Positions 13,473-26,974 are shown, numbered from the stretch's first letter. The stretch: 64,000 bases of DNA from Octopus vulgaris (GCA_951406725.2 OX597835.1:2914001-2978000), one strand, 5' to 3'. Numbers and translations are program-made. The notes: generated from the sequence alone by a model not told the origin.

Positions 13473-14376
13473 TTACTACCATTATTTGTGGAGAAGTTAA
13501 ACAAATATCAAGAGAATATTGAGTTTTCTTATTAAATTTGAGCTAAATTTTTGAGATGGATATGGGACTTAGTAATGTTGAAAATAGATTGTGATAAGGA
13601 TTGATATTAATAAAGTTAAATCAGTTAAAATATACGAAGAATACAAAATTAATTTCAATAAATTAAAATATTACAAATGAATTTAAATTAGCGTAAACAA
13701 AAATGGATAATGCAGACAGGTGGCGCTACTTGTGCATTGTCGAACGCTTGTTTGTATGTTGTTGTTCTACATGTTTCCGTTTTGTTCTGTGAAATTTAGA
13801 TTGCTTGTTGTAAATTCTGTGAAGTTTATTGTTTTCAAGTAATGGTGCTTACGAAAGGAAAGAACAGTAAAGAAACAAAATAAAAACAAAAAAAAACAAA
13901 ACAAAAAAGTGAATTTAAATAAATAATATAAAGGAAGCAGATAAATAAAACAAATAGACAGACAAATAAGCGATCGAATTGAAAAAGGTTAATTGAATTT
14001 AGAATTCAGATTACGACACAAAAATCAAGAGGGAAAACATGAGCAGATAATGGATTTATATGTTTGGATCGGAGAAAATGCCAGATATACACATGAGCGA
14101 GAGAGAGAGAGAGAGAGGAAGAAGAGAGAGGGAGAGAGAGAGAGAGAGGGAGAGGAAGGAGAGAGAGGGAGAGGAAGGAGAGAAAGGGAGAGGATGGAGA
14201 GAGAGGGAGAGGAAGGAGAGAGAGGGAGAGGAAGGAGAGGTGGATGGTGGTGGTGGTGGTGGGGGCTACATGGAGAAAAGGGAGAAACGTGTGGGAGACA
14301 GTGGAGGGGTAAGGAATTCAGCTTTCAATGGTAGATTGGGTTACTCGTTAAATTCATGCATTCGAAATAGCGTTTG

Positions 14377-14407
<31 letters not shown>

Positions 14408-14416
14408 CATATATGT

Positions 14417-14449
<33 letters not shown>

Positions 14450-14450
14450 C

Positions 14451-14483
<33 letters not shown>

Positions 14484-14529
14484 CATATATACATATATAT
14501 GTGCCTATATATATATGTATATATATATG

Positions 14530-14582
<53 letters not shown>

Positions 14583-14597
14583 GTATATATATGTATA

Positions 14598-14639
<42 letters not shown>

Positions 14640-14951
14640 AATACTTATATACATATAAATATAAGTATGTATGTGTATGCATGCACATACATATATATGT
14701 ATGTATGTGTGTATGAATGATGCTCATGCATTTGTGTGTGTGTACGTGTTTCATTAAGTAAGCATGTATGTGTAGGTGTATGTACGAATGGAATTTCTCA
14801 TTCCATTATGCAACGATCCTAAAACTGGACCATCGTATTAGTAAATAAATCAAATTTAGAAAAACGTTGATGCATATGCACATACATATATATACATACA
14901 TACATGCATGCATCCACGTACATACACACGTGTGTATGTATGCGTATATGC

Positions 14952-15100
<149 letters not shown>

Positions 15101-15327
15101 CAGACAGAGAGATAGAGACAGACAGACAGACAGACAGAGGCAGAGAAAGAGAGACTATGATTAACATAGTCGGAGTAGAGCATCATGTTTATAACGCGAA
15201 AGTCGTGAGTTGGATTTCCATGCCAACGAGAGAACTTTTCTCTTTAAATATGTACACATGCTTCAAGGCAATATCCAATCATGGCTCCGGTCGGTGACTG
15301 AAAGAAATAAGAACTAAAGGATATGTG

Positions 15328-15390
<63 letters not shown>

Positions 15391-15639
15391 CGTGTATGTG
15401 TTCGTTTTGTAAGTACAGTGAAGCATTTTTAGGAGCGGTCATAAGAGAAGAAAATGGAGAAAGAGAAGCAATGTTGAGGGGAAAATAAATGAAGTACAAT
15501 CAAGTGAGAGAGTAATAATGAGGACGGATATACGACAATGATAGAAGATAACACATACGAGAGTACAAAACGTGAACCCGACCGCTCTCAAAACTTAAGT
15601 GAAAAAGAAAAGAAAAAGTAATCAAGGATCTATATAATA

Positions 15640-16700
15640 TTTTCTACTCTAGGCATAAGGCCCGACATTTTTGGGAAGAGATTAAGTCGATTAGATCGAC
15701 CTCAGTACGCAACTGGCACTTAGTTTATCGACCCCTGAAAAGATGAAAGGTACAGTCGACCTCGGCGGAATTTGAACTCAGAACGTAGCGGCAGACGAAA
15801 TTCCTATTTCTTTACAACCCACAAGAGGCTAAACACAGAGGGGACAAAGACGGACAGACAAACGGATTAAGTCGATTATATCGACCCCAGTGCGTAACTG
15901 GTACTTAATTTATCGTCTCCGAAAGGATGAAAGACAAAGGCGGCGAGCTGGCAGAAACGTTAGCACGCCGGGCGAAATGCTTAGCGTATTTCATCTGCCG
16001 TTGCGTTGTAAGTTCAAATTCCGCCGAGGCCGACTTTGCCTTTCAGCCTTTCGGGGTCGATAAATTAAGTATCAGTTACGCACTGGAGTCGATGTAATCG
16101 ACTTAATACATTTGTCTGCCCTTGTTTGTCCCCTCTATGTTTAGCCCCTTGTGGGTAGTAAAAAAATAGGTACTTAATTTATCGACCCCGAAAGGATGAA
16201 AGGCAAAGTCAACCGCGGCGGAATTTGAACTCAGAACGTAACGGCAGACGAAATACCTATTCTTTACTACCCACAAGGGGCTAAACAAAGAGAGGACAAA
16301 CAAGGACAAACAAACGGATTAAGTCGATTACATCGACCTCAATGCGTAACTGGTACTTAATTTATCGACCCCGAAAGGATGAAAAGTAAAGTCGACTTCA
16401 GCGGAATTTGAACTCAGAACGTAACGGCAGACGAAATACTGCTAAGCATTTCGCCCGGTGTGCTAACGATTCTGCCAGCTCGCCGCCTTAGAATCTTTAT
16501 ATAATATAAAAGAGATAATGCGAAATGTTTAGCGGTATTTCACCCGACTTTACGTTCTTAGTTCAAATTCCGCCTAGGTCGATTTTGTCTTTCAACCTTT
16601 CAGGGGTTGATAAATTAAGTACCTGTTGCGTAATGGGGTCAATATAATCGACAGGACTCCTCCCTAAAAATTTCGGGCATTGTGCCTAGAGCAGAAAAGA
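15640..16700. mobile_element. Nested cluster of about six SINE B copies in both orientations
   Basis: Minus 15640-15938, plus 15939-16168, minus 16169-16488, plus 16520-16700. Confidence 0.88.
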
Positions 16701-16729
16701 GTATGAGAAAGATAATATAATATAAGGGA

Positions 16730-16973
16730 GATAATCAGAGAAAGAATCGAAGGACTTCATGTAAAGTAGAGTAAATGTTACAAATAATCCAGAATCCTTT
16801 TCCGGTACCAGATCGATCCCAAAATGGAATCAGTTCCTGCCAGCCACGAGGCCGAACATGCATGAAAAGTTTCATCCGAATCTATCCAGCGGTTCTTGAG
16901 ATAGTTAGTCCACGGACAAACAAACAAACACGACTGAAAACAATACCTCCGCCTTCGCTAATGTGGAGGTAAT
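16730..16973 (-). mobile_element. Helentron-associated non-autonomous element (HINE/DINE-1-like), partial
   Basis: Terminal stem acctccgc...gtggaggta, short (CAAA)n tract, and homology to 41913-42277. Confidence 0.65.
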
Positions 16974-17333
16974 AATTGGGCTGGATATGACCGGTTTAAA
17001 TGCTAAGTGGCTTAGGGGAAATTCGAAAAAGGAACAGCATATTTTTCATCGGTCGTACCAGAGAAGTAGTTAATGCATGCTAAATCACGAGTGGTCCATT
17101 ATTTGCATGGACGATTGTAAAAATTGTTGTTAATTTGATAAATTAACCCGGAGCGAAATTTGATGCAGCGAAAATGCTTAAGGGATATTTGAAGAGAACT
17201 TTGCTTGCAGAAGAAATTGTTTTATTTACTGGGAAGACAGAAGTGAAGAAAAAGCGAAAAGAAATATATGATAGATAATAAAAGATTGAAATGATATCGA
17301 CAAGTATCGACTGTTTAACAAGAGAGGAAATTG

Positions 17334-17406
<73 letters not shown>

Positions 17407-17596
17407 GGGAGAGAGAGAGAGTGAGAGAGAGAGTGCGATAAGTAATTATGTAAGCACATATATATATATTAAGTGTAGGAAAAAATGCCCCATGGTCGTA
17501 ACTTCAACCGTGCTTTTTCTGTTGTGATTTTTGCTACCCAGGTATCGGTTATCATTTGAATTATCCGTAATAAGATAATTCATTTATCTACTTCAA

Positions 17597-17678
<82 letters not shown>

Positions 17679-17795
17679 AATATACAAGTTATACGTAGGT
17701 ATTGGAAACTTAATATGGCGTACATAAAAAATTAAATGCAAATGTGGATTTATCAAATGAAATTTTCTACGCTTTAATATAATGGAGGTGAGCAA

Positions 17796-18117
17796 GGCGG
17801 CGAGCTGGCAGAATCGTTAGCACGCCGGACGAAATGCTTTGTGGTATTTCGTCCGCCGCTGCGTTCTGAGTTCAAATTCCGCCGAGGTCGACTTTGCCTT
17901 CCATCCTTTCGGGGTCGATAAATTAAGTACCAGTTACGCGCTGGGGTCGATGTAATCGACTTAATCCGTTTGTCTGTCCTTCTTTGTCCCCTCTGTGTTT
18001 AGCCCCTTGTGTGTAGTAAAGAAATAGGTATTTCGCCTGCCGCTACGTTCTGAGTTCAAATTCCGCCGAGATCGACTTTGCCGTTCATCCATTCGTGGTC
18101 GATTAAATAAGTACTAG
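17796..18117 (+). mobile_element. SINE family B, full copy plus partial tandem copy
   Basis: ggcggcgagctggcagaatcgttagc head. Junction gaaata|ggtatttcg at 18027. Confidence 0.88.
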
Positions 18118-18240
18118 ACGGTTTCACTCCTTAGATGTGGAGCAGGGGTAATCGAATGGACAGTAGACGAACTAAACAGCATAGACAGAGAGAGATAAGG
18201 AAGTTGCTAATTAGATATGTGATACTCCATGCAAAAGGTG

Positions 18241-18349
<109 letters not shown>

Positions 18350-18350
18350 G

Positions 18351-19165
18351 TATGTACCAAGAAACAGAGGGTTAAGACGACTGATTGCATGCGAACACAG
18401 CATTAGAGCAAAAGAAAACAATATAGCATGCTATGTAAAATATGTCACAGAACCGCTCTTATTGGAGGTAAAATGGTCAGGCTTGTGTAGGATGGAAGAT
18501 TGCTAAGATAAAGCAGTGTACAAGGACTTGAGAATGAATGAAACTGAAAATAGGTGGATGAAGAAAAAGAATTCATGGACGATTTCATAGGGATGCTGAA
18601 GATAAGACAGACAGAGAAAAAGGATGACTATGGATGACTAAAGGTGATTTAAAACCGGAAAAGGAGGCTCTAATCTGTGCTGCCCAAGAGCAAGCATTAA
18701 GAACCAATTACATCAAATACAGAATAGAGAACACATCAGAAAGTGTTAAGTGCAGAATTTGTGAACAAAATGGTGAAACTGTATGGCATATAATCAGTCA
18801 ATGTACGCTAGTGGCCCAGAAAGAATATAAGAGGCGAAATGACAATATAGCAAGGATTGTCCATCGGAAACTTTGCAACAAGTATGGACTTGGGAGAGCA
18901 AAATCGTGGTACGAACATAAGACAGAAGGCATCATCGAAAATGATAATGCAAAGATCCTATGGGATTTTATGATTCAGTGCGACCATGGGATGGAGAATA
19001 GGAAATTAGACATAGGGTTTATTGAGAAAGAAAGCAAAGGATGCTGGATCTTAGATATAGCATGCCCAGCGAGAAGGACGAAAGAAAAGTCGATAGATAC
19101 GACAAGTTAGCTTGGGCGTTTAAGCAGTTGCGTTCGCTGAAAAAGGTCGCAGTAGTACCGTAGTG
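18351..19165 (+). mobile_element. R4/Dong-type LINE fragment (CCHC zinc knuckle and start of the endonuclease)
   Basis: ORF 18634-19110: EALICAAQEQALRTN...CRICEQNGETVWHIISQC...KILWDFMIQCD...ILDIACP. Confidence 0.9.
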
Positions 19166-19305
19166 TCTCTGGTACTACCAATGTGAACATATTGTTGTGT
19201 ACCCGGAACCATGTGCTTAGGAAACAAGCTTGTTACCACACAGTCACGCCTGTGCTTATACATACATACATACATACATACATACATACATACATACATA
19301 CATAC

Positions 19306-19506
19306 GTGACCTCGTGTGTACCGTTGGCGATTTTTTTCCCTCTGTTTTCCTTTCTCTGGATCTTTCCTTCTCCTATGTTTCCGACGAAGAGCTTTGCTCG
19401 AAACGTTAAACCCTCCTTCTTTCCTTCTTTCCTGAGCGTCCAATAATACTGTATTTGTTCCACGTCCTCGCGTTGTTGTGTTTTTTTTGTGCTTTCTTGT
19501 TTGGAT

Positions 19507-19511
<5 letters not shown>
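19306..19511 (+). mobile_element. Penelope-like pseudo-LTR fragment between (TACA)n and (TA)n
   Basis: Contains a minimal hammerhead motif and is homologous to the 3' end of the GIY-YIG-type relic at 54765-55830. Confidence 0.75.
19377..19411 (+). ncRNA. Minimal type I hammerhead ribozyme motif with a U4C core change
   Basis: GTTT-CCGACGA-A-GAGC ttt GCTC-GAAA-CG-TT-AAAC. Confidence 0.6.
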
Positions 19512-19571
<60 letters not shown>

Positions 19572-19575
<4 letters not shown>

Positions 19576-19800
19576 CTGGTCACATTGCGCTGAGCATCGA
19601 TTTAGCTTTTGAATAATGCCAACCCGCTGGCTAATCGAGTTGGCTAAAATTTCCCCTGATCGGAAAGGTTTACCCATTTACACTGAATAGACTGGAGCAA
19701 TCTGAAATATAATGTTATGCTCAAGAACGCAACGTGCCTCCAGATCCGGGAGTCGAACCTGACAGTCTAGCGATGGTGAGTGCAACAGGTACTCTAGGCA
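19572..19800 (-). mobile_element. SINE family D-like (CORE-like body), diverged, carrying tail 3
   Basis: Minus strand has box B ggttcgactcc, body ttcttgagcataacattatatttcagattgctccag, and tail tagccagcgggttggc...gtgaccagcgat shared with 26408-26705. Confidence 0.7.
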
Positions 19801-20421
19801 ACACGCATATACATGTGTGTGTACACATGCACTCACACACACGTACACAATCGACGTTACCAGACTGTGATTAAAGATATAGAAATAATTTCAAACCAAA
19901 CCGAAACGTACAGACACCCTAACTACAGCCATGTTCTACCGCTTACACGTGCCGCAACATGCACGTCTTCTGTCAAAAAAGAAAACAAAGAAATGTGTCG
20001 CTCACGCACTATCTTCAAATTATTATTTCACAGCAAAATACAGCATATTCATTTTCGATACTCCGTGAATGATGAAGAAGAAAAAAAAGAAAACTACGTG
20101 AATGTTAATGATGTCAATGAGATGATTCTGGCAAATCAGTTGATTGATTGATCGATCGATCAAACGATTAGTGAAGGAATCGATTATACAATTCATTCGT
20201 TAGTTAACTAGTTGACTATGATAATAAAGAGAAAAGTAAAGAAAGAGAACCAATGAGTGTAATTTTATTGGCAAAAGTAATCCTCCCCAGGTACAACAGC
20301 TGTTTCAACGCACGATTTCACATCAAGAGCCTGGCAAAAAAAAAAGCAAAATGAATATGTATGCATATACATACATATACACAGTTATACACACGCTCAC
20401 ACACATATGTAAGTATGTGTC

Positions 20422-20452
<31 letters not shown>

Positions 20453-20493
20453 GCATCTCTCTCCGTCTCTCTCTCTCTATATATATTTATATA

Positions 20494-20532
<39 letters not shown>

Positions 20533-20647
20533 TTTATATATATGTGTCTTATGTATATTCTATATGTCTGATATATCCGTATATGTGTGTATGTGCATAC
20601 GTGCGTATGTGTGTGTGTCTGCATGTTGGTGTGTATGTATAAACAAA

Positions 20648-20771
<124 letters not shown>

Positions 20772-21820
20772 GAATATATGCATATACGGATACAAATATG
20801 CACATGAGTACGTCAATGGGTGGATCGATACATTGATAATTACAGCAGTAGATAAGATAGCAAGATAAATAATACAATTACTAGACAAGTTGTACGTCGA
20901 GAGATAAAGGGTTTAACCGACAAGTTACATAATGCATTAAATTGACGACAAAAGGGGGACGATGATAAAATGATGAAATACCGGAAAATGCTTTTTGATA
21001 CAGTTTTTCGATAAATTTCAATGATTTTTCCATAAAAAAAATATTTTGCTTCCCATTGTTTTTGTACGTTGTATTGTGTTTGTTTATATTTCGAGAGTTA
21101 CTTTCTGGTCATAATATTTCGTACTTTACTTTTTTTTTTTTGGTTTTTTTTTTTCTTTGGCATCATTGAAATTTGGTAATAGATTTCAGTCGTTAAAATC
21201 TTATTTGTTATGAATACAGAGATAGAGTTAGTAATGTGAAGTGCTACTTTATCATAAACCATATCGAGAATGAATTCTAAGTAGGTTTAGAAATCAACTG
21301 AAAGGGAATGAAAATTGGAAAGGAAATAACTCAAAGAAATGGATACAATACAGATTTAAAAGATTTAATAGATTTAAAAGAACGTAAAATAAAAAGAAAA
21401 TTGAACGCAAAATGTTTTTTCTTCTCATTTTTGTTATATTGTTTCAGCCACAAAACGAAATTAAATGAAGTTGAGCTGTTATTATTTGATTTCAGGAAGT
21501 GTTTCTGCAGATATTTACATGCATTTATATGTACGTAAGTAAAGGTATATATTTATACACACACACGCACACACACACACACACACATGTGTACAAATAT
21601 GGGCGCACACACACACACGCGCACACAGCCGCATAAGTAAGGAGAATTGCGTAAACAAATTCATTACGTAATTCTTGTTCCCCTGTCGATCAATATTTTA
21701 TATTACGCATTGTACTCATCGAACGCTTTATCTCGAAGCACAGGTGTGTTGAGTTCTAACAGCAGGTTACTAGTAATACCTAAGCGTTATGCCTAAGCGA
21801 AATCATTATATATATATATA

Positions 21821-22575
21821 CATTCATACAGGAAGTAAATAGACACATTTCATTTACAAAATCAGAAATATTAAATTTCTAAATATCTCAAAGAGATATG
21901 TACGGTGATGGGGCGACAGAATGGTTGTATACTGTCAACTTAACGTGACAGTAGGGGATTAACCCACCGCTGTTTAGCCCTAGGAAGTTTAGTTTATATA
22001 TATATATGTAATCCTATAGTGTCACGTTAAATTGACAGTATACAACCATTCCATTTACAAAATCTTTTATTTTATAGTAATTGGTTGAAGGAGAGGTTTT
22101 CTTCTAGCTACTCGTCCATAATCCAAGCTTATGCAGATATGTAACACACGTTCTTGGACTAACTTCTAGCTGTTTTCCAAAGTCAGAAGCCTTCGAACGT
22201 GGTTCGTTTTCCACAATTCTCTTCAAACAGTGAATCTTCCTTTCCGAGGGCCCAGGTCGGTCGGGACGATAATATGTTGATTCTTTTCCTTGGCGTTTGA
22301 ATTGCACTATAGTTCTATTAACAGTAGCAAGAGGAATTTGAAGATTTTCGGCAATTTTCCGCTGGCTAAGTCCAGCCACAGATTGCCCAACAATACGACC
22401 TCTTTAAAAATCTGACAGTTCTGCGTGGCATGGTTACCCTTCGCAAATGTTTAATATAATGGCACTTGGAATGAAAAAGAATAATTACATTGTAAATTCT
22501 ACACCACTGAAAACATATTAAAACACTTAGATCAGAACTTTTGAAAATTAAAGGTGTCTATTTACTTCATGCATG

Positions 22576-22579
<4 letters not shown>
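21821..22579 (-). mobile_element. Internally deleted Tc1-family transposon
   Basis: 26-bp TIRs (21821-21846 and 22554-22579, 22/26 match) flanked by TA. ORF 22104-22379 encodes a Tc1 HTH (GLSQRKIAENLQIPLATVNRTIVQFKRQG). Confidence 0.88.
21864..22051. mobile_element. Insertion with a 13-bp target duplication and internal inversion, nested in the Tc1
   Basis: catttacaaaatc at 21851-21863 and 22052-22064. A 31-bp inverted pair at 21920-21950 and 22020-22050. Second family member at 56258-56390. Confidence 0.7.
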
Positions 22580-22611
<32 letters not shown>

Positions 22612-22701
22612 AGGAAGATGCGTGTGTGTGTGTATGTGTATGCGCACATATACATGTATTCATATATATATATATATACATATATACATACATATATATA
22701 T

Positions 22702-22732
<31 letters not shown>

Positions 22733-22817
22733 TATATATATACAGATATATGCATACACATTTATACATACATACATACATACATACATACATACATACA
22801 TACATACATACATACAT

Positions 22818-22985
22818 ACGAAGGGTTGTTGAAAAATTATTTTTAAGGATATCACGAAAGTCCCGGCAGGAGGCCCAGCCTAGCAAGTACTTTTACTGGG
22901 CTTAGTAAAGCTGAAGAACCGTTGCAATAAGTGTGTGAATCTCGGAGGGGAATATGTTGAATAAAATCATAACTGATCCTCCTGT
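22818..22985 (+). mobile_element. Mariner deletion derivative
   Basis: tacgaagggttgttgaaaa TIR-like start and C-terminal GLVKLKNRCNKCVNLGGEYVE*. Confidence 0.65.
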
Positions 22986-23882
22986 AAGCAAGGAATTGTT
23001 GATATTTTGTTGAATACGCGTTAAATGCCCTTTGATATGCCACTGTTTGCGCCATAGTGTTATGTATAAGTATATGAGTAATACCTACAAAAATTCTACC
23101 GAAACATATATCTGGTCCTAAATTCCTTTCAGGCACGCTTACTTAGCGCTCTCTCAAACAGTCAGTCTTAATTTTCTATGCACTGCTAATTTACCTTGAC
23201 CACCCTACGGAAAATATATATCTCATACCTCCTGGTCCATCATTAAAACTAGAAAATAATATTAGAGAAGTCTGATAACATGTAATTTTTTTTTCTGCAG
23301 GGTATTTTGCGAAAGCATACGTCAGAATATAGATATTCATCTAAATACAGAGGGAGCTGTAATCACCTCCTTCCGCTATTAATTTTAACAAAACGTTTTT
23401 CTTTTACCACACATCGATCTGCTCAAATTGATCAATATAATTTTAAGTAATTACTTATTTTAAAATTTAGCTTCCTCTCCTCGCTTCGAAATTTTTCCCG
23501 AATATATTATCTTATATTTAACTTCATGGTTCGGTTTCTTAAGGAATGTAATTTGCCTATATTTGAGCGTGAATTTAAACTTTCTGTTTAAAATCTGCTT
23601 TCAGGTACACATATAATTTAATTTTATTTCAAATTATCCAATTAGCTTTAGCATTCTCCAGTAATAGGCTCTTTTCATCGTTTGCACACTACGCTGTAGT
23701 TTGTCTTTATCTCTTTTATTTCTCACCACACCTTTCTTTATCAATACGAGGAGTTCATATTAGATGCATTCAATAGCAAGTTTCTTCTTCATACTCTGTT
23801 TTTGGCTGCTTCTCTGCCTTGATTATGATGGCTTTAAGCCGTTTGTTTATCCTACACTACGCTTCTCAATTCCTAGTTTTAT

Positions 23883-24266
23883 GGAAGCACTCCGTCGGTT
23901 ACGACGACGAGGGTTCCGGTTGATCCGAATCAACGGAACAGCCTGCTCGTGAAATTAACGTGTAAGTGGCTGAGCACTCCACAGACACGTGTACCCTTAA
24001 CGTAGTTCTCGGGGATATTCAGCGTGACACAGAGAGTGACAAGGCCGGCCCTTTGAAATACAGGTATAACAGAAACAGGAAGTAAGAGTGAGAGAAAGTT
24101 GTGGTGAAAGAGAACAGCAGGGATCACCACCATCCCCTGCCGGAGCCTCGTAGAGCTTTAGGTGTTTTCGCTCAATAAACACTCACAACGCCCGGTCTGG
24201 GAATCGAAGCCGCGATCCTACGACCGCGAGTCCGCTGCCCTAACCACTGGGCCATTGCGCCTCCAC
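23883..24266 (-). mobile_element. SINE family A, full length, tail 2
   Basis: Intact A/B boxes. 11-bp TSD cctagttttat at 23872-23882 and 24267-24277. Confidence 0.92.
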
Positions 24267-24513
24267 CCTAGTTTTATAACACTTCCTTGTAGAAGGACAG
24301 CCATCTTACACTAACGAACAAGCCTTCTCATTTGTCCTTCCTTTCTCTATCACCCCTACTATACATTCATACCGCTTCCTACAGTTTTTATCCTCTATTA
24401 CCTCGCCACCTACAATCGGTTTCCGTCTCACACTTCACATTTCTATGCCTAGCTAACACACTTCTCCTGGCTTTTGTTTATTGTCTCATCTCTCTCTCTC
24501 TTCCTTCTATATT

Positions 24514-24726
24514 CTCTTCTACTCTAGGCACAAGGACGGAAATTTTGGGGGAGGGGACCAGTCGATTAGATCGACCCCAGTACGCAACTGGTACTTAATT
24601 TATCGACACCGATAGGATGAAATGCAAAGTCGACCTGGGCGAAATTTGCACTCAGAACGTAAAGACGGACGAAATACCGGTAAGCATTACGGCCGGCGTG
24701 TTAACATTTCTGCCAGCTCGCCACCT
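24514..24726 (-). mobile_element. SINE family B (short-tail form)
   Basis: Core and head match other copies. Tail ccttgtgcctagagtaagaag. Confidence 0.85.
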
Positions 24727-24934
24727 CATATATTCCTTATATATTAACCCATCTTATACTCCTTGCCTTGCATTTTCCATCTAATTTCTCAATGCCAGTA
24801 TCTTACCTCGAATATTATCCGCTCGTGGCATTTTCCAATTACCCTTCTGAAGATAGTGTTCTCTGTTAGACACCAAAATGTTAACATTCATGTGTGGTGA
24901 TAATATGTTTGCTTTTATAATTTTGAGTAATGTT

Positions 24935-25148
24935 GGTTTTAAATTTTGACTCAAGGCCAGCAATTTTAGGATAGGGGCTTCATCGATAACATCGATCCCA
25001 GTGCGCTACTGGTACTTATTTTATCGACCCTCAAATGATAGAGGGCAAAGTCGAGCATGGCGGAATTTGAACTCAAAGCTTAAGGACGAACGAAATGCCT
25101 GTAAACCTGTCACCCGGCGTGCTAATGGTTCTATCAGTTCGCTACCTT
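24935..25148 (-). mobile_element. SINE family B, older diverged copy
   Basis: Diverged core and head. Confidence 0.75.
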
Positions 25149-25268
25149 AATGCTTTTAACATTGCTGCATAATGTATATTTGGCAGGATATGCATTAAAA
25201 TATCAACCTATCACTGAAAATTCGAAGCGTTGTAAAGTAATATTAACATCATGTGAATATACGTAACA

Positions 25269-25724
25269 TCTCTCTCTATATAAACGGCAGTTTGTCTGTC
25301 TGTGTGTCTGTCAGGTTGTACCCTCACCCTGACCACGGCTTTCAACCGATTCTGATGAATCTTGACACACACATAGCCCAATGTCATAATTCGAAACTAA
25401 CGCAGCGAAAATTTTGAAAAGTTCCCCAGTTCTGAAAAAATCGATAAATTCGACATGGGGTCGAGAATCTAAGCTTTTTATATGCAACACATTTTCTGGG
25501 CTGTACGTGGGCTGTTCACGTGTTGGGAGGCGCAATGATGTTTTCATGTTTTCGCCCAAAGGGACAGCTAGGAACATCGTATACACAGAAGTATTCGAGT
25601 GAAGAGAAGACATTGCAACCTACACATGCGCCTTCGTTCCCTAGAGGGAAAGGACTAGATTGGGTTTAGTCGTTGCCTACTAGGGGCTCTTACATACACG
25701 GGCAACGCCGGGCTATGCTGCTAG
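25269..25724 (+). mobile_element. Non-autonomous Helitron
   Basis: 5' TC start, 3' GC-rich hairpin region cgggcaacgccggg followed by CTAG, inserted between A and T with no TSD, and a (GTCT)n tract near the 5' end. Confidence 0.85.
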
Positions 25725-26407
25725 TCTCATATAAATGGCTTCCTTGCAACGATGGCTCTTTACCCATCTTCTGTATTTGATGTCTGCTCGAACTTTGTCT
25801 CTTTTAGTCATCTCGTATTCTGACGAACTTTAATTCCAAAAGTTAGTGTTTAAGAATTCCGTTCCTCCGAGCTGTAACACGGTGCGTCACTGTACGATAC
25901 TTGCACCAGCAACTTTACTCAGCCATAACCAAACACAAACACATATACATACACATACAATTACACAAATACACATACACATGCACACTAAACACACACA
26001 TATACGCATACACACGCACGCATTTATGCATTGGCACACATGCATACAAAAATGCATACATACATAAATGCACACAAATATTGATATATGAATGGACGGA
26101 TGGATGGAAGGACGGATGGATAGATGGACGGATGAGTGTAAGGATAAACGGATAGACGTGTGAATTGATGGATGGATGGATGTGCTCTCGAGTGTAAAAG
26201 AAGAAATGCTGGAGTATATTCACACCACTATACCACCTTGCATAAATACATGCCTATATGCTTACATATATACATAGCTCTTATATCTAGAAATATATGT
26301 GCTTGTATCACATACAGGTACAATTAGTGGCGACTAAATTTCGCCTGCAGCCTATACGGTCCATAATGCGCCCAGTTCCCCACATCTATTTCATATTATA
26401 TATATAT

Positions 26408-26705
26408 GTGGAGGCGCAATGGCCCAGTGGTTAGGGCAGCGGACTCGCGGTCGTAGGATCGCGGTTTCGATTCCAAGACCGGGCGTTGTGAGTGTTTATT
26501 GAGCGAAAACACCACGAGGCTCCAGCAGGGGGTGGTGATCTTTGCTGTACTCTTTCACCACTCTTTCTCTCACTCTTTCTTCTGTTGACCTGCTCGCTTC
26601 GCCAGCGGGGTGGCGTCATTTGAAGGCTAAAACAATGCAAAGCGCATTGTGACCAGCGATGTGTAGCAACATTTGATGGTCTGGTAGGTCACGTGATCAC
26701 GTGAT
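26408..26705 (+). mobile_element. SINE family A, tail 3
   Basis: Family A head and body, then ctgctcgcttcgccagcgggg...ggtcacgtgatcacgtga. Confidence 0.9.
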
Positions 26706-26718
26706 ATGTATATGTATG

Positions 26719-26777
<59 letters not shown>

Positions 26778-26845
26778 ACATATACATATACATATCGCGC
26801 GTATATATATATATATATATATACACGCATACATACATGCATGCA

Positions 26846-26892
<47 letters not shown>

Positions 26893-26974
26893 ATGTATGT
26901 ATATATATATATATATATTGATAAAAACGGTAAGGCAACAAAAGAAAGAAAGAGACCTCGGATATATATGTATT

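Noticed and set aside
13700-13870. Possible Tc1/Tc3 5' region (caggtggcgct, MVLTK)
   Set aside because: Too short and no TIR partner found.
15640-16700. Recurring ~35-bp motif with partial dyad symmetry, superficially CRISPR-like
   Set aside because: It is the SINE B core. Intervening sequence is also repeated, orientation varies, and there are no cas genes in this eukaryotic DNA.
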